Shown here: piece by piece, positions 49,987-60,345 of the stretch
Layout of the letters: each line of letters starts with the position of its first letter
Numbering within the stretch: the stretch's first letter is position 1
Assembly: GCA_947458475.1 (NCBI GenBank)
Contig: CANGZP010000004.1
Coordinates: 2,947 to 66,946 of the forward strand
Source: Cyclobacteriaceae bacterium
GTDB lineage: Bacteria; Bacteroidota; Bacteroidia; Cytophagales; Cyclobacteriaceae
DNA: 64,000 bases
Direction: 5' to 3'
Notes under the pieces: generated by a model
What the model was told of the DNA's origin: nothing
The model's database searches: none
Seen by the model: only the letters and a program-made list of their open reading frames with translations
Position numbers and translations under genes: made by a program

Positions 49987-52818
49987 ATGTCACAAACTCA
50001 AGCCCATAAACTTTTTCTTTTGGATGCTATGGCCCTCATTTATAGGGCTCATTTTGCCTTTAGTAAAAACCCAAGGATCAACTCCAAAGGACTAAATACT
50101 GGGGTCATGCTCGGGTTTACCAACACGCTTTTGGAGGTCTTGGAAAAAGAAAAACCCAGCCACATCGCCGTGGCATTTGATACCAAGGCGCCCACGTTTC
50201 GACATATCCAATATACGCCCTACAAGGCCAATCGCCTGGAGCAGCCGGAAGACATTACCGTATCCATCCCTTGGGTAAAGGAGATCGTTCGCGCCTTTAA
50301 AATTCCAGTTTTAGAACTAGATGGATTTGAGGCAGATGATATCATCGGCACCATCGCAAAAAAAGCAGAAAAGGAACGGTTTACGGTGTACATGATGACC
50401 CCAGACAAGGACTATGGGCAATTGGTAGACGACCATATTTTTCTCTACAAGCCTGCCTTTATGGGCAATGGAGTGGATGTGATGGGCCCAAAGCAGATTT
50501 GTGAAAAGTGGGACATTGAACAGGTTGATCAGGTGCGCGATATCCTCGGCTTGATGGGTGATGCAGTGGACAACATCCCTGGTATTCCTGGCATTGGGGA
50601 GAAAACAGCGGTAAAGCTCCTCAAGGAATTTGGTACCGTGGAGGGAGTGGTCGCGAATGCCGATCAACTCAAAGGAAAGCAACGAGAAAATGTGGAAAAC
50701 TTTGGACCGCAAGGCATACTATCCAAAGAATTGGCAACCATCAAAATCGATGTGCCAGTAGATTTCGACGAGGTAGCCCTCCGGGTTGAAGGCGTTGACG
50801 AAGAGAAATTGAGGGCAATTTTTTCGGAACTGGAGTTCCGCACCTTAGCCAATCGATTGTTCAAGGAGGGTCCTGCAAAGAAAGCGGCTGCAGCAGCTCC
50901 TGCTCCCGCGCAGATGGATCTTTTTGGGGCTCCTGCTCCTAAAACCAACAGCTTTGTAGCCGAAGAGGAGCAAGAAGAAGTTTCCATTTCAGAACCGATT
51001 GTTCTGGACACTATTCATAGCAATGCCCACAATTACCACAAAATCAAAGGTAAGGCAGCCATTCAGGAGCTGGTGGAGTATTTGCTTTTGCAAAAAGAGA
51101 TTTGTTTTGACACTGAAACGACCAGTTTGGACGCTATGAACGCCGAGTTGGTTGGCCTTTCTTTCTCCTATGTGGAAGGGGAAGCGTATTACATTCCGCT
51201 GGAGGCAGATCAAAACGAAGCCAAAGAAGTGTTGGCATTGCTTCGCCCAGTATTCGAAAATGAAGCCATTCTCAAAATTGGCCAAAACATCAAGTACGAC
51301 TTGCTCGTCCTCAAAAACTACGGGATTGAGATCAAAGGAATGCTGTACGATACGCTACTGGCCCATTACCTCATCGAACCGGAAGGCAAGCATGGCATGG
51401 ATTGGCTCGCACAGCAGTACCTGCAGTACAAGCCTGTATCGATTACCGAGCTGATCGGAAAGAAAGGCAAAGGCCAGGGAAATATGCGGGATGTAGACGA
51501 GGATGAGGTGACGGCCTATGCATCCGAAGATGCGGACATTACGCTGAGACTAAAAGGAAAATTGGACCCAATCTTACTTTCTAATGGTTTGAAAAAGCTC
51601 GTGGAAGAGGTAGAAAACCCACTGATTCCAGTGTTGACGGACATGGAATTTGAAGGGGTTCGGATCGATACGGGGAGCTTGGCAGAGCTGTCGGTATCCT
51701 TGGAACAAGAAAGCAAGGAAATCGAAAAGCGCGTGTACGAATTGGCAGGAGTACGGTTTAATTTGGCTTCGCCCAAGCAGCTTGGGGAAGTACTTTTTGA
51801 AAAATTGAAATTGGACCCCAAGGCAAAAAAAACCAAGACTGGGCAGTATGCCACAGGCGAAGAGATCTTGAGTAAGTTGGCCGACGAACATGAAATCGCA
51901 CAGGCCATTCTCGAGCATCGACAAATGGTGAAGCTGAAGTCTACTTATGTGGACGCGCTGCCTACCATGATCAACCCCAAGACGGGAAGGATTCATACTA
52001 CTTACAACCAGTTTGTGGCAGCAACAGGGCGTCTCTCTTCGATCAACCCCAACTTGCAAAATATCCCAATCCGTACGGCTCGTGGGAGAGAAATCCGAAA
52101 GGCATTCGTGCCTCGAGACGAGAATTACGTCTTGCTTTCTGCCGATTATTCCCAGATTGAACTGCGACTGATGGCGGCATTTTCGCAGGATGAGTCCATG
52201 CTGGAAGCCTTCCGGACAGGACGTGATATCCATTCTACCACCGCTGCCAAAATCTTCAAGGTGCCCTTGGAGGAGGTGACTACAGACATGCGAAGAAAGG
52301 CCAAAACCGCTAACTTCGGGATCATCTATGGCATCTCTGCCTTTGGGCTCGCCCAGCGGCTATCCATTCCTAGAGGGGAGGCAAAGGAAATCATCGATGC
52401 CTATTTCACCGAGTTTCCTGCGGTCAAGCAGTACATGGATGGAGCCATTGAAAAGGCACGAACGCAAGAATACGTGGAAACCATTCTTGGCCGCCGGCGC
52501 TACCTGCGTGACATCAATAGCCGCAACATGACCATGCGGGGTTTTGCAGAGCGAAATGCGATCAATGCCCCACTGCAAGGTTCGGCGGCTGACCTGATCA
52601 AGGTGGCCATGATTCATGTGCAGGCCTGGATGAAATCCAAAAATTTAAAATCCAAACTCATTCTCCAAGTGCATGATGAATTGGTATTTGATGCGCACAA
52701 GGACGAAGTGGAGCTACTCAAAAAAGAAATTCCAGGATTGATGTCCAACGCTATTCCGCTCCCCGTACCGATCGAAGTGGAAGTCGGCGTAGGTCCGGAT
52801 TGGTTGCAAGCGCATTAA
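49987..52818 (+). CDS. polA: DNA polymerase I
   Basis: 5'-3' exonuclease (EADD, DKD), 3'-5' exonuclease (FDTET), polymerase (DYSQIELR, QVHDE); start uncertain by ~11 codons. Confidence 0.98.
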   Translation: MSQTQAHKLFLLDAMALIYRAHFAFSKNPRINSKGLNTGVMLGFTNTLLEVLEKEKPSHIAVAFDTKAPTFRHIQYTPYKANRLEQPEDITVSIPWVKEIVRAFKIPVLELDGFEADDIIGTIAKKAEKERFTVYMMTPDKDYGQLVDDHIFLYKPAFMGNGVDVMGPKQICEKWDIEQVDQVRDILGLMGDAVDNIPGIPGIGEKTAVKLLKEFGTVEGVVANADQLKGKQRENVENFGPQGILSKELATIKIDVPVDFDEVALRVEGVDEEKLRAIFSELEFRTLANRLFKEGPAKKAAAAAPAPAQMDLFGAPAPKTNSFVAEEEQEEVSISEPIVLDTIHSNAHNYHKIKGKAAIQELVEYLLLQKEICFDTETTSLDAMNAELVGLSFSYVEGEAYYIPLEADQNEAKEVLALLRPVFENEAILKIGQNIKYDLLVLKNYGIEIKGMLYDTLLAHYLIEPEGKHGMDWLAQQYLQYKPVSITELIGKKGKGQGNMRDVDEDEVTAYASEDADITLRLKGKLDPILLSNGLKKLVEEVENPLIPVLTDMEFEGVRIDTGSLAELSVSLEQESKEIEKRVYELAGVRFNLASPKQLGEVLFEKLKLDPKAKKTKTGQYATGEEILSKLADEHEIAQAILEHRQMVKLKSTYVDALPTMINPKTGRIHTTYNQFVAATGRLSSINPNLQNIPIRTARGREIRKAFVPRDENYVLLSADYSQIELRLMAAFSQDESMLEAFRTGRDIHSTTAAKIFKVPLEEVTTDMRRKAKTANFGIIYGISAFGLAQRLSIPRGEAKEIIDAYFTEFPAVKQYMDGAIEKARTQEYVETILGRRRYLRDINSRNMTMRGFAERNAINAPLQGSAADLIKVAMIHVQAWMKSKNLKSKLILQVHDELVFDAHKDEVELLKKEIPGLMSNAIPLPVPIEVEVGVGPDWLQAH

Positions 52819-53020
52819 AGTAGCAAGTATCTAGTAGTAAGTATCAAGACATCGAAGGATGTACTAGGTACGAAGTACCTGCCTGCGGCAGGCAGGCAAA
52901 GTACCAAGACTTGGGAGCCTGCTGAGGTCGGAGGCTAGTTATCACTTCAACATTCTTTAATCAGCGTTCGATATTCGACATTTGTTTTCAATCCGTATTT
53001 CGTACTTCGTATTTCGTATT
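52819..53020. repeat. Intergenic heptamer-periodic element, copy C (inverted vs B; one palindrome insert)
   Basis: Exact inverted matches to B (32 bp at 52951-52982; 16 bp at 53000-53015 vs 3441-3456); palindrome at 52878-52896. Confidence 0.88.
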
Positions 53021-53060
53021 TTCATTAAAATTCCAATTTCCAAATTAACATCCTTCTACC

Positions 53061-54434
53061 TTGGCTAAAGTAAAAACCACCTTTTTCTGTCAGAATTGCG
53101 GGGCACAGAGCCCCAAGTGGACAGGTAAGTGCCCTTCCTGTGGGGAGTGGAACACCTTTGTGGAGGAAATCATCCAAAAAGAAGAACTTGGAAAAGGAAG
53201 CTGGAAACCGCAAGGATCCGGAACCAAAAAAGCGAGCACGCCCAAAAAAATTGATGAGGTCAACTACGAGGAGCAGCCCCGCTGGATCACTTCCGATCCG
53301 GAATTGGATCGGGTGCTAGGTGGAGGCATTGTTTCTGGTTCACTGGTGCTGATTGGGGGCGAACCCGGAATAGGAAAATCCACGCTCATGCTTCAGATAG
53401 CGCTGACCCTAAAAGGCAAGAAAGTGCTTTATGTATCAGGGGAGGAAAGTGAAGCTCAGATCAAAATGCGGGCAGATCGAATGGCTGCCAAAAACCCAGA
53501 TTGCTACGTGCTTTCTGAGACGAATACGCAGCAGATTTTTCAGCAAATCGAGGCCCTCAACCCGGATTTTTTGGTCATTGACTCCATCCAAACGCTCCAC
53601 AGTCAATACGTAGAATCTGCAGCCGGATCGGTTTCTCAGGTGCGGGAATGCACGGCAGAACTGATGAAGTTTGCCAAGGAAACAGGCACACCGGTATTTC
53701 TGATCGGCCACATCACCAAAGATGGTTCCATTGCTGGACCAAAAGTGCTCGAACACATGGTGGACACCGTCTTGCAGTTTGAAGGGGATCGACACTTGAC
53801 CTACCGCATCTTGCGAACTTCCAAAAACAGATTTGGTTCCACCCAGGAACTCGGCATCTATGAAATGCGTGCAGAGGGACTGCGGGCCGTTTCCAACCCC
53901 TCAGAAATCCTACTTACGCAGCGAGAAGAAGTGCTCAACGGCGTAGCTATCGGTGCGATGCTAGAGGGCAACCGTCCCCTGTTGATTGAGATTCAGTCCC
54001 TGGTGAGCCCGGCTACCTACGGTACACCCCAGCGAAGCAGTACGGGGCACGATGCCAAGCGCCTCAACATGCTTTTGGCGGTACTGGAAAAACGGGGAGG
54101 CATGCGACTCGGACAACAAGATGTGTTTTTGAATGTGGCAGGAGGTCTACGGGTGGATGATCCCGGACTAGACCTTGCCGTCTGCGCCTCACTGATTTCG
54201 AGTTACGAGGATACGCCCGTGTCGGAACAAATTTGCTTTGCCGGCGAGGTAGGCCTAGGTGGTGAGATTCGAGCGGTGTCTCGCATCGAAAACCGGATCG
54301 CTGAAGCGGAGAAGTTGGGATTCAAAAAAATAATGGTTTCCAAATATGCCGTCAAAGGCTTAGACTTAAGTAAGTTTAAAATTCAGATCATCCAAGTGAG
54401 CAAGTTGGAAGAGATGTACCAGTTGATTTTTTGA
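53061..54434 (+). CDS. radA: DNA repair protein RadA/Sms (TTG start)
   Basis: C4 zinc finger; GEPGIGKS; KNRFG; Lon-like C-terminus. Confidence 0.97.
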   Translation: MAKVKTTFFCQNCGAQSPKWTGKCPSCGEWNTFVEEIIQKEELGKGSWKPQGSGTKKASTPKKIDEVNYEEQPRWITSDPELDRVLGGGIVSGSLVLIGGEPGIGKSTLMLQIALTLKGKKVLYVSGEESEAQIKMRADRMAAKNPDCYVLSETNTQQIFQQIEALNPDFLVIDSIQTLHSQYVESAAGSVSQVRECTAELMKFAKETGTPVFLIGHITKDGSIAGPKVLEHMVDTVLQFEGDRHLTYRILRTSKNRFGSTQELGIYEMRAEGLRAVSNPSEILLTQREEVLNGVAIGAMLEGNRPLLIEIQSLVSPATYGTPQRSSTGHDAKRLNMLLAVLEKRGGMRLGQQDVFLNVAGGLRVDDPGLDLAVCASLISSYEDTPVSEQICFAGEVGLGGEIRAVSRIENRIAEAEKLGFKKIMVSKYAVKGLDLSKFKIQIIQVSKLEEMYQLIF

Positions 54435-54464
54435 GCGTTTTTAATTTAGGATAGAAATTAAAAA

Positions 54465-54701
54465 ATGGATGAAAATTCTCCTTCGAAAAATTGGCCTCTA
54501 ATAGTAGGGCTTATCCTTTTGGTACTAGGTACTGGCCCCTTGGTTTTTGTCATGGTCGCTGCTAAGCTGGGATTTGGCAATGACCCAAATCCAAACCCAG
54601 TTATTTATGGAATGCTTGCGGGACTCACTTTTTATCCTTCATTGGGTTTGGTAATCTGGGGACTCTATCGAAGAAGAACTAACAAAAAGAATTTCAAATA
54701 A
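54465..54701 (+). CDS. Small 2-TM hypothetical protein
   Basis: Two hydrophobic helices joined by DPNPNP; A-rich leader. Confidence 0.6.
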   Translation: MDENSPSKNWPLIVGLILLVLGTGPLVFVMVAAKLGFGNDPNPNPVIYGMLAGLTFYPSLGLVIWGLYRRRTNKKNFK

Positions 54702-54769
54702 TTGGAAGCAGTTGAGCTTTGGCAAAATTCATTCTGTTTGTGCAACTTACAGACCCAAACCACCCGCCC

Positions 54770-55138
54770 ATGAAAGCACTTTTGACTATCGGACTCCTCG
54801 TACTATCGAATACATTTATGACCTTAGCCTGGTACGGACATTTGAAGTTTGCCGAATGGAAATGGTTTAGCAAACTGGGTCTGATTTCCGTCATTTTGAT
54901 TAGCTGGGGGATCGCCTTGTTTGAATACCTATTCCAGGTTCCTGCCAATAAAATGGGGTATATCGGAAATGGAGGGCCCTTTTCATTGGTCCAACTCAAG
55001 GTGATTCAAGAAGTCATCACGTTACTTGTGTTTATGGGGTTCACGCTTGCTGTCTTCAAGACTGAGACGTTCAAAATCAATCACTTGATTGGCGCAATTT
55101 TCTTGGTGCTGGCAGTTTATTTTATGTTTAAAAAATAA
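54770..55138 (+). CDS. Small DMT-family membrane protein (DUF486 type)
   Basis: SNTFMTLAWYGHLK, SWGIALFEY, QLKVIQE. Confidence 0.85.
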   Translation: MKALLTIGLLVLSNTFMTLAWYGHLKFAEWKWFSKLGLISVILISWGIALFEYLFQVPANKMGYIGNGGPFSLVQLKVIQEVITLLVFMGFTLAVFKTETFKINHLIGAIFLVLAVYFMFKK

Positions 55139-55156
55139 TTCTTCTCATTTCGCTTT

Positions 55157-56632
55157 ATGTCCCCTACTAATCCAATCCCCGACCAATCCCTAGACCCTCA
55201 AGATTGGGATGCCATGCGCGCACTTGGCCATCAGATGGTCGACGATTTGATAAGCTATTGGAAGGGTATTCGAGAAGAAAAAATCTGGAGACCCATCCCA
55301 GACGAGGTAAAACAGGTTTTTGATCTGCCTATTCCGGAACAGGGACAGTCCCCGGAAGAGGTTTATCGGGAGTTTAAGGAATACATTTTTCCTTACAACA
55401 AGGGCAATGTGCATCCCCGATTTTTTGCTTGGATCCAAGGCACTGGAACTCCTATGGGGACCTTTGGTGACTTGCTGGCTTCAGGGATGAATCCCAACAA
55501 CGCCATCGGCGAGCATTCGGCGATGTATGTGGATCGGCAAGTGGTCAACTGGTGCAAGCAACTGATGAACTTCCCTTCTGAAGCATCCGGAATTCTCGTG
55601 AGCGGAGGCTCGATGGCGAATATCACGGCACTTACCGTCGCTAGAAATTCCTTTGGGGAAGAAAAAATTCGGCAAAGAGGACTTAAAGTGGCTTCGGCTC
55701 AACTCTTGATTTACTGCTCGGTAGAAACGCACTCTTGCGTCCAAAAGGCAGCGGAGATCATCGGGCTAGGGACGGATGGGGTTCGAAAAATTCAAGTGAA
55801 TGAACAATACCAGCTAGATACTGCTGCCCTAAGAACTCAAATCGAAGCGGACCTGCAGGCAGGATTCCTTCCTTTCTGTGTGGTAGGTACAGCTGGCACG
55901 GTCAATACGGGTGCCATTGACCCGATGGAGGAGCTATTGGAGATTTCGAAAACCTATGGGCTTTGGTTCCATGTAGATGGGGCTTATGGGGCCTTGGCCA
56001 AACTTGACCCGATCTATGCTCCTGCCTTGAAAGCGATCGAAGAAGCTGACAGCTTGGCATTTGACTTGCACAAATGGCTGTATGTACCCTATGAAGTGGG
56101 CTGTACCCTGATTCGGGATGCGAAAAAACACCGAGATGCCTTTGCCATTACGCCCAATTACTTATTGCGGGAGGAGCGTGGCCTTGCGGGCGGCTTGGAT
56201 TCCATCAACAACTATGGATTTGAGCTTTCGCGCGGTTTCAAAGCCTTGAAGGTATGGATGTCTCTCAAAGAGCACGGAAGGGAAAAGTATGCATTCATGA
56301 TTGCTCAAAATAACCGGCATGCAGCCTATTTGGCGGAATTGGTCGAGCAGCATCCCAATTTGGAATTGATGGCCCCAGTGTCCATGAGCATTACCTGCTT
56401 TCGGATGGTTTACCCAGGATTGGGGGAGGAAGAGCTTCGTGAACTTAACCGGGAAATTCTCCTTTGTCTTCAGGAGGAAGGGATTGCCTCGCCTAGTTCG
56501 ACGATATTGAATGGTAAATTTACCTTGAGGGTTGCGAATACCAACCAACGCACCCGAAAAGAGGACATGGAGCTGTTGGTAAGAGAAGTGCTTCGCCTTG
56601 GCAACCAGAAAATAGCGGAGGACAAAGGTTGA
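55157..56632 (+). CDS. Group II PLP-dependent amino-acid decarboxylase
   Basis: HPRFF, AGTVNTGAID, HVDGAYG, DLHKW. Confidence 0.9.
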   Translation: MSPTNPIPDQSLDPQDWDAMRALGHQMVDDLISYWKGIREEKIWRPIPDEVKQVFDLPIPEQGQSPEEVYREFKEYIFPYNKGNVHPRFFAWIQGTGTPMGTFGDLLASGMNPNNAIGEHSAMYVDRQVVNWCKQLMNFPSEASGILVSGGSMANITALTVARNSFGEEKIRQRGLKVASAQLLIYCSVETHSCVQKAAEIIGLGTDGVRKIQVNEQYQLDTAALRTQIEADLQAGFLPFCVVGTAGTVNTGAIDPMEELLEISKTYGLWFHVDGAYGALAKLDPIYAPALKAIEEADSLAFDLHKWLYVPYEVGCTLIRDAKKHRDAFAITPNYLLREERGLAGGLDSINNYGFELSRGFKALKVWMSLKEHGREKYAFMIAQNNRHAAYLAELVEQHPNLELMAPVSMSITCFRMVYPGLGEEELRELNREILLCLQEEGIASPSSTILNGKFTLRVANTNQRTRKEDMELLVREVLRLGNQKIAEDKG

Positions 56633-56682
56633 ATTGGCTCAATTTTCGCTAGGGTTTGGTAGTACAATAAACAAAACCAGCT

Positions 56683-57126
56683 ATGCGAAAAGGAACACAA
56701 GTAATTCTGATTTTTGCAGCCTTATTTTTTGGCGCAATCAACGTTCAGGCACAAGAAATTGGCTTGAGATTTGGACACATCAACGGCAACAATGTAGCCC
56801 TAGATGGGATATTCTCTACAGGGGAATTCAGCCGAGTTCACGGAAACCTAAGCTTTGGACAAAAAGGACTTGGATTAGATGCCCTTTGGAACCCGATTTA
56901 CGATGACATCGAAGACACCGATTTCAAATGGTATGCGGGATTTGGACCTTCGGTTTACCTTTCAGAAGATTTTAGACTGGGTGCAGCAGGTGAAGTAGGC
57001 GTTGAATACGCCTTTTCAGAAGTTCCCATTACCCTAGGATTAGATTTTAGGCCTTATCTTTTTTTGGTGGAGGTTACCGAATTTAGAGCTGGCTTTGGAT
57101 TCAATGCTCGTTGGAGATTGAATTAA
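56683..57126 (+). CDS. Small outer-membrane beta-barrel protein
   Basis: Signal peptide ending VQAQ; alternating beta-strand pattern; aromatic C-terminus. Confidence 0.7.
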   Translation: MRKGTQVILIFAALFFGAINVQAQEIGLRFGHINGNNVALDGIFSTGEFSRVHGNLSFGQKGLGLDALWNPIYDDIEDTDFKWYAGFGPSVYLSEDFRLGAAGEVGVEYAFSEVPITLGLDFRPYLFLVEVTEFRAGFGFNARWRLN

Positions 57127-57145
57127 TTCTTCCCCTTTAGTTTGG

Positions 57146-57174
57146 AAACCCGCCCATTCCTAGGCGGGTTTTTT
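57146..57174. terminator. Terminator between convergent genes
   Basis: AAACCCGCC...GGCGGGTTTTTT. Confidence 0.75.
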
Positions 57175-57180
57175 AATTCC

Positions 57181-59583
57181 TTAAAATTCAACGATCAATC
57201 CGATGGTAGGAAGGATAGTTCCCGCAGGATTCACGATGGATTTGAGTTGGTAGCGGCTTGGGTCTGTAGAGTTTACTGTCAGGTTGCCTTGTCCATCTCG
57301 GACTGGGACTATTTGTGGTGGCTGTTGAGCCTGAAAGTTGTAAGCGTTCTGGATGTCAAAGTACCAGTTGAGGCTCCAGCGGTCAAAGAAGTACTTTTTA
57401 TCAAGGCGAAGGTCCAGTTGGTGAAAGGGCTTTAGCCGGATGCCATTGATTCGTGAAAAGTCTAGGATAGCTGCATTTCGAAGGTCCCAGTTGCTGCGAA
57501 GGCTGGAGGCACTCAAGTCAGCAGGAGTATAGGGCGTTCCACCCAAAAAGCGCCATCTTCCTCCCAACTCCCAGTTTTTGCCAAAGCGCTTGCCTGCCGT
57601 AAGGCTCACAATAAAACCATTGTCCCAGGACGAAGGAATCATGCCCTCTGAGTTGGGGTTGGTAAACTCCGAGCGCACCAAGGTCAAGGAAGCGATCCCA
57701 TAGAAATTGTTGTACAGGCGCTGCTGCGCCAAAAACTCCATTCCATAAGCTCTTCCTTTGGAATTCGAAAGGACGGGTTCATTGCCGATGGCGCCGAAGT
57801 CTGCCCCTAGGTTGGCCAAAGAAATCCCATTCCGGATAGAAGTCGGGTAGTGGCTGTAGCGCTTGAAAAATGCTTCTGCAGTAAATCGCCTTGCTTTTTC
57901 AGGCATCAGGTATTCAATCCCTCCAATCAGTTGCGCGTTTCGGATAAATCGTACATCGCTGTCCTGATTCACAAAATCCCCTGCCGAATTTTGGTATCCG
58001 AGAATGGTATAGGCCGGCCGCTGGTAGTAGATACCGGCATTGGCATTGGCAAAGAGGTTGGATTTCAGTTGGTAGGAAACCGAAAATCGTGGGCTCAGCT
58101 GGTTAAAGGGGTTGGATGCAGTCTTGGCAAAGTCAGAACCGTCCATACGTATTCCTCCACTGAGTAGGAGGCGTTCGCCGAGCCAATTTTTGGTTCCAGA
58201 TACAAAAGCTCCATAACTGCTGTAGTTGGAGGTAGCCAAGATATCAATGGTGCCTCCAGTCTGAGAGAGTGCAGCGCGGTCAAAGTTGTCAATCAAGTAG
58301 CGAGAGTATTCCAGGTTAACCCCATATTTGATGCTGTAGCCCTTTCCGAAAATGCTGTTTTCGGCGCGAAACTTATTTTCTGACTCCTGTGAGCGGTATC
58401 GGAAGAGCAAGTTTTTCTCGTCTCCTTCTTGGTTTCCGGCATATTTATAGGATTCGTTGTTGAGCATGTTTCGGCTCAATACAAAGGTCCAAAAGCCGTT
58501 GTCTCGAAACCGCTTTAACTTGGCCCCCGTGGTGTAATTCCATTGGGTTTGCACAGGCAAGACGTTCAAGATGTAAAGTCGGTTTTCTTTTTCTTCCAGC
58601 GTCTCTTCTTCAGGAGCATCCTCGTTGAGCACAAATTGGTCGATGGCTCCAATGCCGATAAAAGTTAATTCTGTTTTCTCGTTGATTTTGGTGGTGGTTT
58701 TTACCTGAAAATCGTTGAAAGTAGGGAGAAATGGGAGGTTGAGTAAACGAAATAAGCCTTGCAAATAGGATCTTCTAGCCGAAAGGATATAGGTTGATTT
58801 AGGGGAAAGTGGGCCTTCGTTGGAAATTGTGAGCTCGGAAGCGCCCACGGTCAGCTGAGTAGCCATCCGATCTCTTCTTCCTTCCTTCAATTGAAATTCG
58901 AAGAAGGAGCTCAGGCCATTCATTCGATTGGCCGGAAAACCACCTGTGATCAAGTCTACATTTTTAATGAGGTTGACATTTAGAATTCCTGCGGGACCTC
59001 CAGAGGACCCTTGGGTGGCGAAGTGGTTGATGACGGGCACTTCGATTTCATCTACAAAAAAGCGGTTTTCATTGGGTGCTCCGCCTCGGATCAAGATGTC
59101 GTTTCGGAAGCTAGGGGTGCTTGCTACACCAGGAAGCGATTGAATCACCCTCGAGATGTCTCGATTGCCACCGGGATAGCGTTCGATTTCGTTGGTGTTG
59201 AGTTTCCGGACAGAGAGGGGTGTTTCCTCAGAGCGGGTAAATTCACTGCTGACCACCACCTCGCTTAGTTCAGAAGCATCTTCGGTTAGGGTAAAATCCA
59301 GTTGAATGGGTTTTGCCAAACTCACTTGAACTTCAAATGCGGTGGAGGATTTGTAGCCTACATAGCTAGCCCGCACGTTGTACAGTCCTGCGGGGATGTT
59401 GCTGATTTCGTAGAAGCCTTCCTCATTGGTGATCGCACCAAGCTCCGTATTGAGTAGGAGCACATTGGCAAAGGCCACGGGCTGGTTGTTGACAGGATTA
59501 GTGATTTTTCCTCGGATGATACCTTGCCCCATACTGGTTAGGGAAAAGAGAAAGAGGAGTCCAAATAGACCGGTGATTCGCAT
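57181..59583 (-). CDS. TonB-dependent outer-membrane receptor (start moved to ATG 59583)
   Basis: Signal peptide; N-terminal extension domain; LSEVVV; plug LPGV/IRGG; terminal Phe. Confidence 0.88.
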   Translation of the reverse strand: MRITGLFGLLFLFSLTSMGQGIIRGKITNPVNNQPVAFANVLLLNTELGAITNEEGFYEISNIPAGLYNVRASYVGYKSSTAFEVQVSLAKPIQLDFTLTEDASELSEVVVSSEFTRSEETPLSVRKLNTNEIERYPGGNRDISRVIQSLPGVASTPSFRNDILIRGGAPNENRFFVDEIEVPVINHFATQGSSGGPAGILNVNLIKNVDLITGGFPANRMNGLSSFFEFQLKEGRRDRMATQLTVGASELTISNEGPLSPKSTYILSARRSYLQGLFRLLNLPFLPTFNDFQVKTTTKINEKTELTFIGIGAIDQFVLNEDAPEEETLEEKENRLYILNVLPVQTQWNYTTGAKLKRFRDNGFWTFVLSRNMLNNESYKYAGNQEGDEKNLLFRYRSQESENKFRAENSIFGKGYSIKYGVNLEYSRYLIDNFDRAALSQTGGTIDILATSNYSSYGAFVSGTKNWLGERLLLSGGIRMDGSDFAKTASNPFNQLSPRFSVSYQLKSNLFANANAGIYYQRPAYTILGYQNSAGDFVNQDSDVRFIRNAQLIGGIEYLMPEKARRFTAEAFFKRYSHYPTSIRNGISLANLGADFGAIGNEPVLSNSKGRAYGMEFLAQQRLYNNFYGIASLTLVRSEFTNPNSEGMIPSSWDNGFIVSLTAGKRFGKNWELGGRWRFLGGTPYTPADLSASSLRSNWDLRNAAILDFSRINGIRLKPFHQLDLRLDKKYFFDRWSLNWYFDIQNAYNFQAQQPPQIVPVRDGQGNLTVNSTDPSRYQLKSIVNPAGTILPTIGLIVEF

Positions 59584-59630
59584 GATGTGGTGTAGTGCTT
59601 TAAATGGCGTGTTAGGGTGGGCTAGAAATT

Positions 59631-60335
59631 TTAGGCCCCCTGTTTTTCTTTTACTCTCCAGAGACGCCACCAAGGCGTGCCAGGGGAGTCGTGGTGCTCA
59701 AAATGGTATCCAAAAAAGTAACAACTGATAAATGCCCAAAGATGGTTTTTGGACTGTGAATGAGAGTGGTGCGCATTGGTCTCTTCCCCCATATGAGGAA
59801 GATAAGTTCCAAAATAAAAGAGCTGCAGTGTGGATAGTCCAGCAGGAACCATCCAAAAGAGAATCAAGTTTTCGGTGGGAAGGACGAGCTTGAGGAGGTT
59901 GAAGGTAACCGCCATCAGGAGAAACTGCCAGATGGTGAGGTACTGTAGGATAAAGCTGAGGTACCAGCGGAAAAACTTTCCAGAGGCATGGTAGTCTGGA
60001 TCTTTATCCGTGGCTACGTAGCGGTGGTGTTCGTGGTGTTTGGGAAAAAGCTTCCAATAGAAGTTGTAGGAAAACAGGATCGCCGCGATCCAGCCGGTCA
60101 CATGGTTTGCTTTTTTATTGCTGGAAACAATGCCGTGCATCGCATCGTGTGCCGTGATAAATAGTCCTGTGTAAAGGTGCGTTTGGACAAGAATGGCCAG
60201 GTAGGTCAAGGGATTCTCCCAGGAAAACTCCCAGGTAAGTAGGAAGCCCAAAGAAATAGCCCAGGCAAGAATAACTCCCCATCCAATCAAAAGACCTTTG
60301 GGGTCTACGGAATGTACTGTGGTTTTAGCCTCCAT
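59631..60335 (-). CDS. crtW: Beta-carotene ketolase (membrane desaturase family)
   Basis: His boxes HDAMH, HHEHH, HFEHH; FGTYLPH; PWWRL; crt context. Confidence 0.85.
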   Translation of the reverse strand: MEAKTTVHSVDPKGLLIGWGVILAWAISLGFLLTWEFSWENPLTYLAILVQTHLYTGLFITAHDAMHGIVSSNKKANHVTGWIAAILFSYNFYWKLFPKHHEHHRYVATDKDPDYHASGKFFRWYLSFILQYLTIWQFLLMAVTFNLLKLVLPTENLILFWMVPAGLSTLQLFYFGTYLPHMGEETNAHHSHSQSKNHLWAFISCYFFGYHFEHHDSPGTPWWRLWRVKEKQGA

Positions 60336-60345
60336 GGTGTGGAGA

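Noticed and set aside
51574-52233. 219-aa antisense ORF in polA (likewise 13572-14117 and 44252-44785)
   Set aside because: Shadow ORFs of well-supported genes on the opposite strand; no recognisable motifs.
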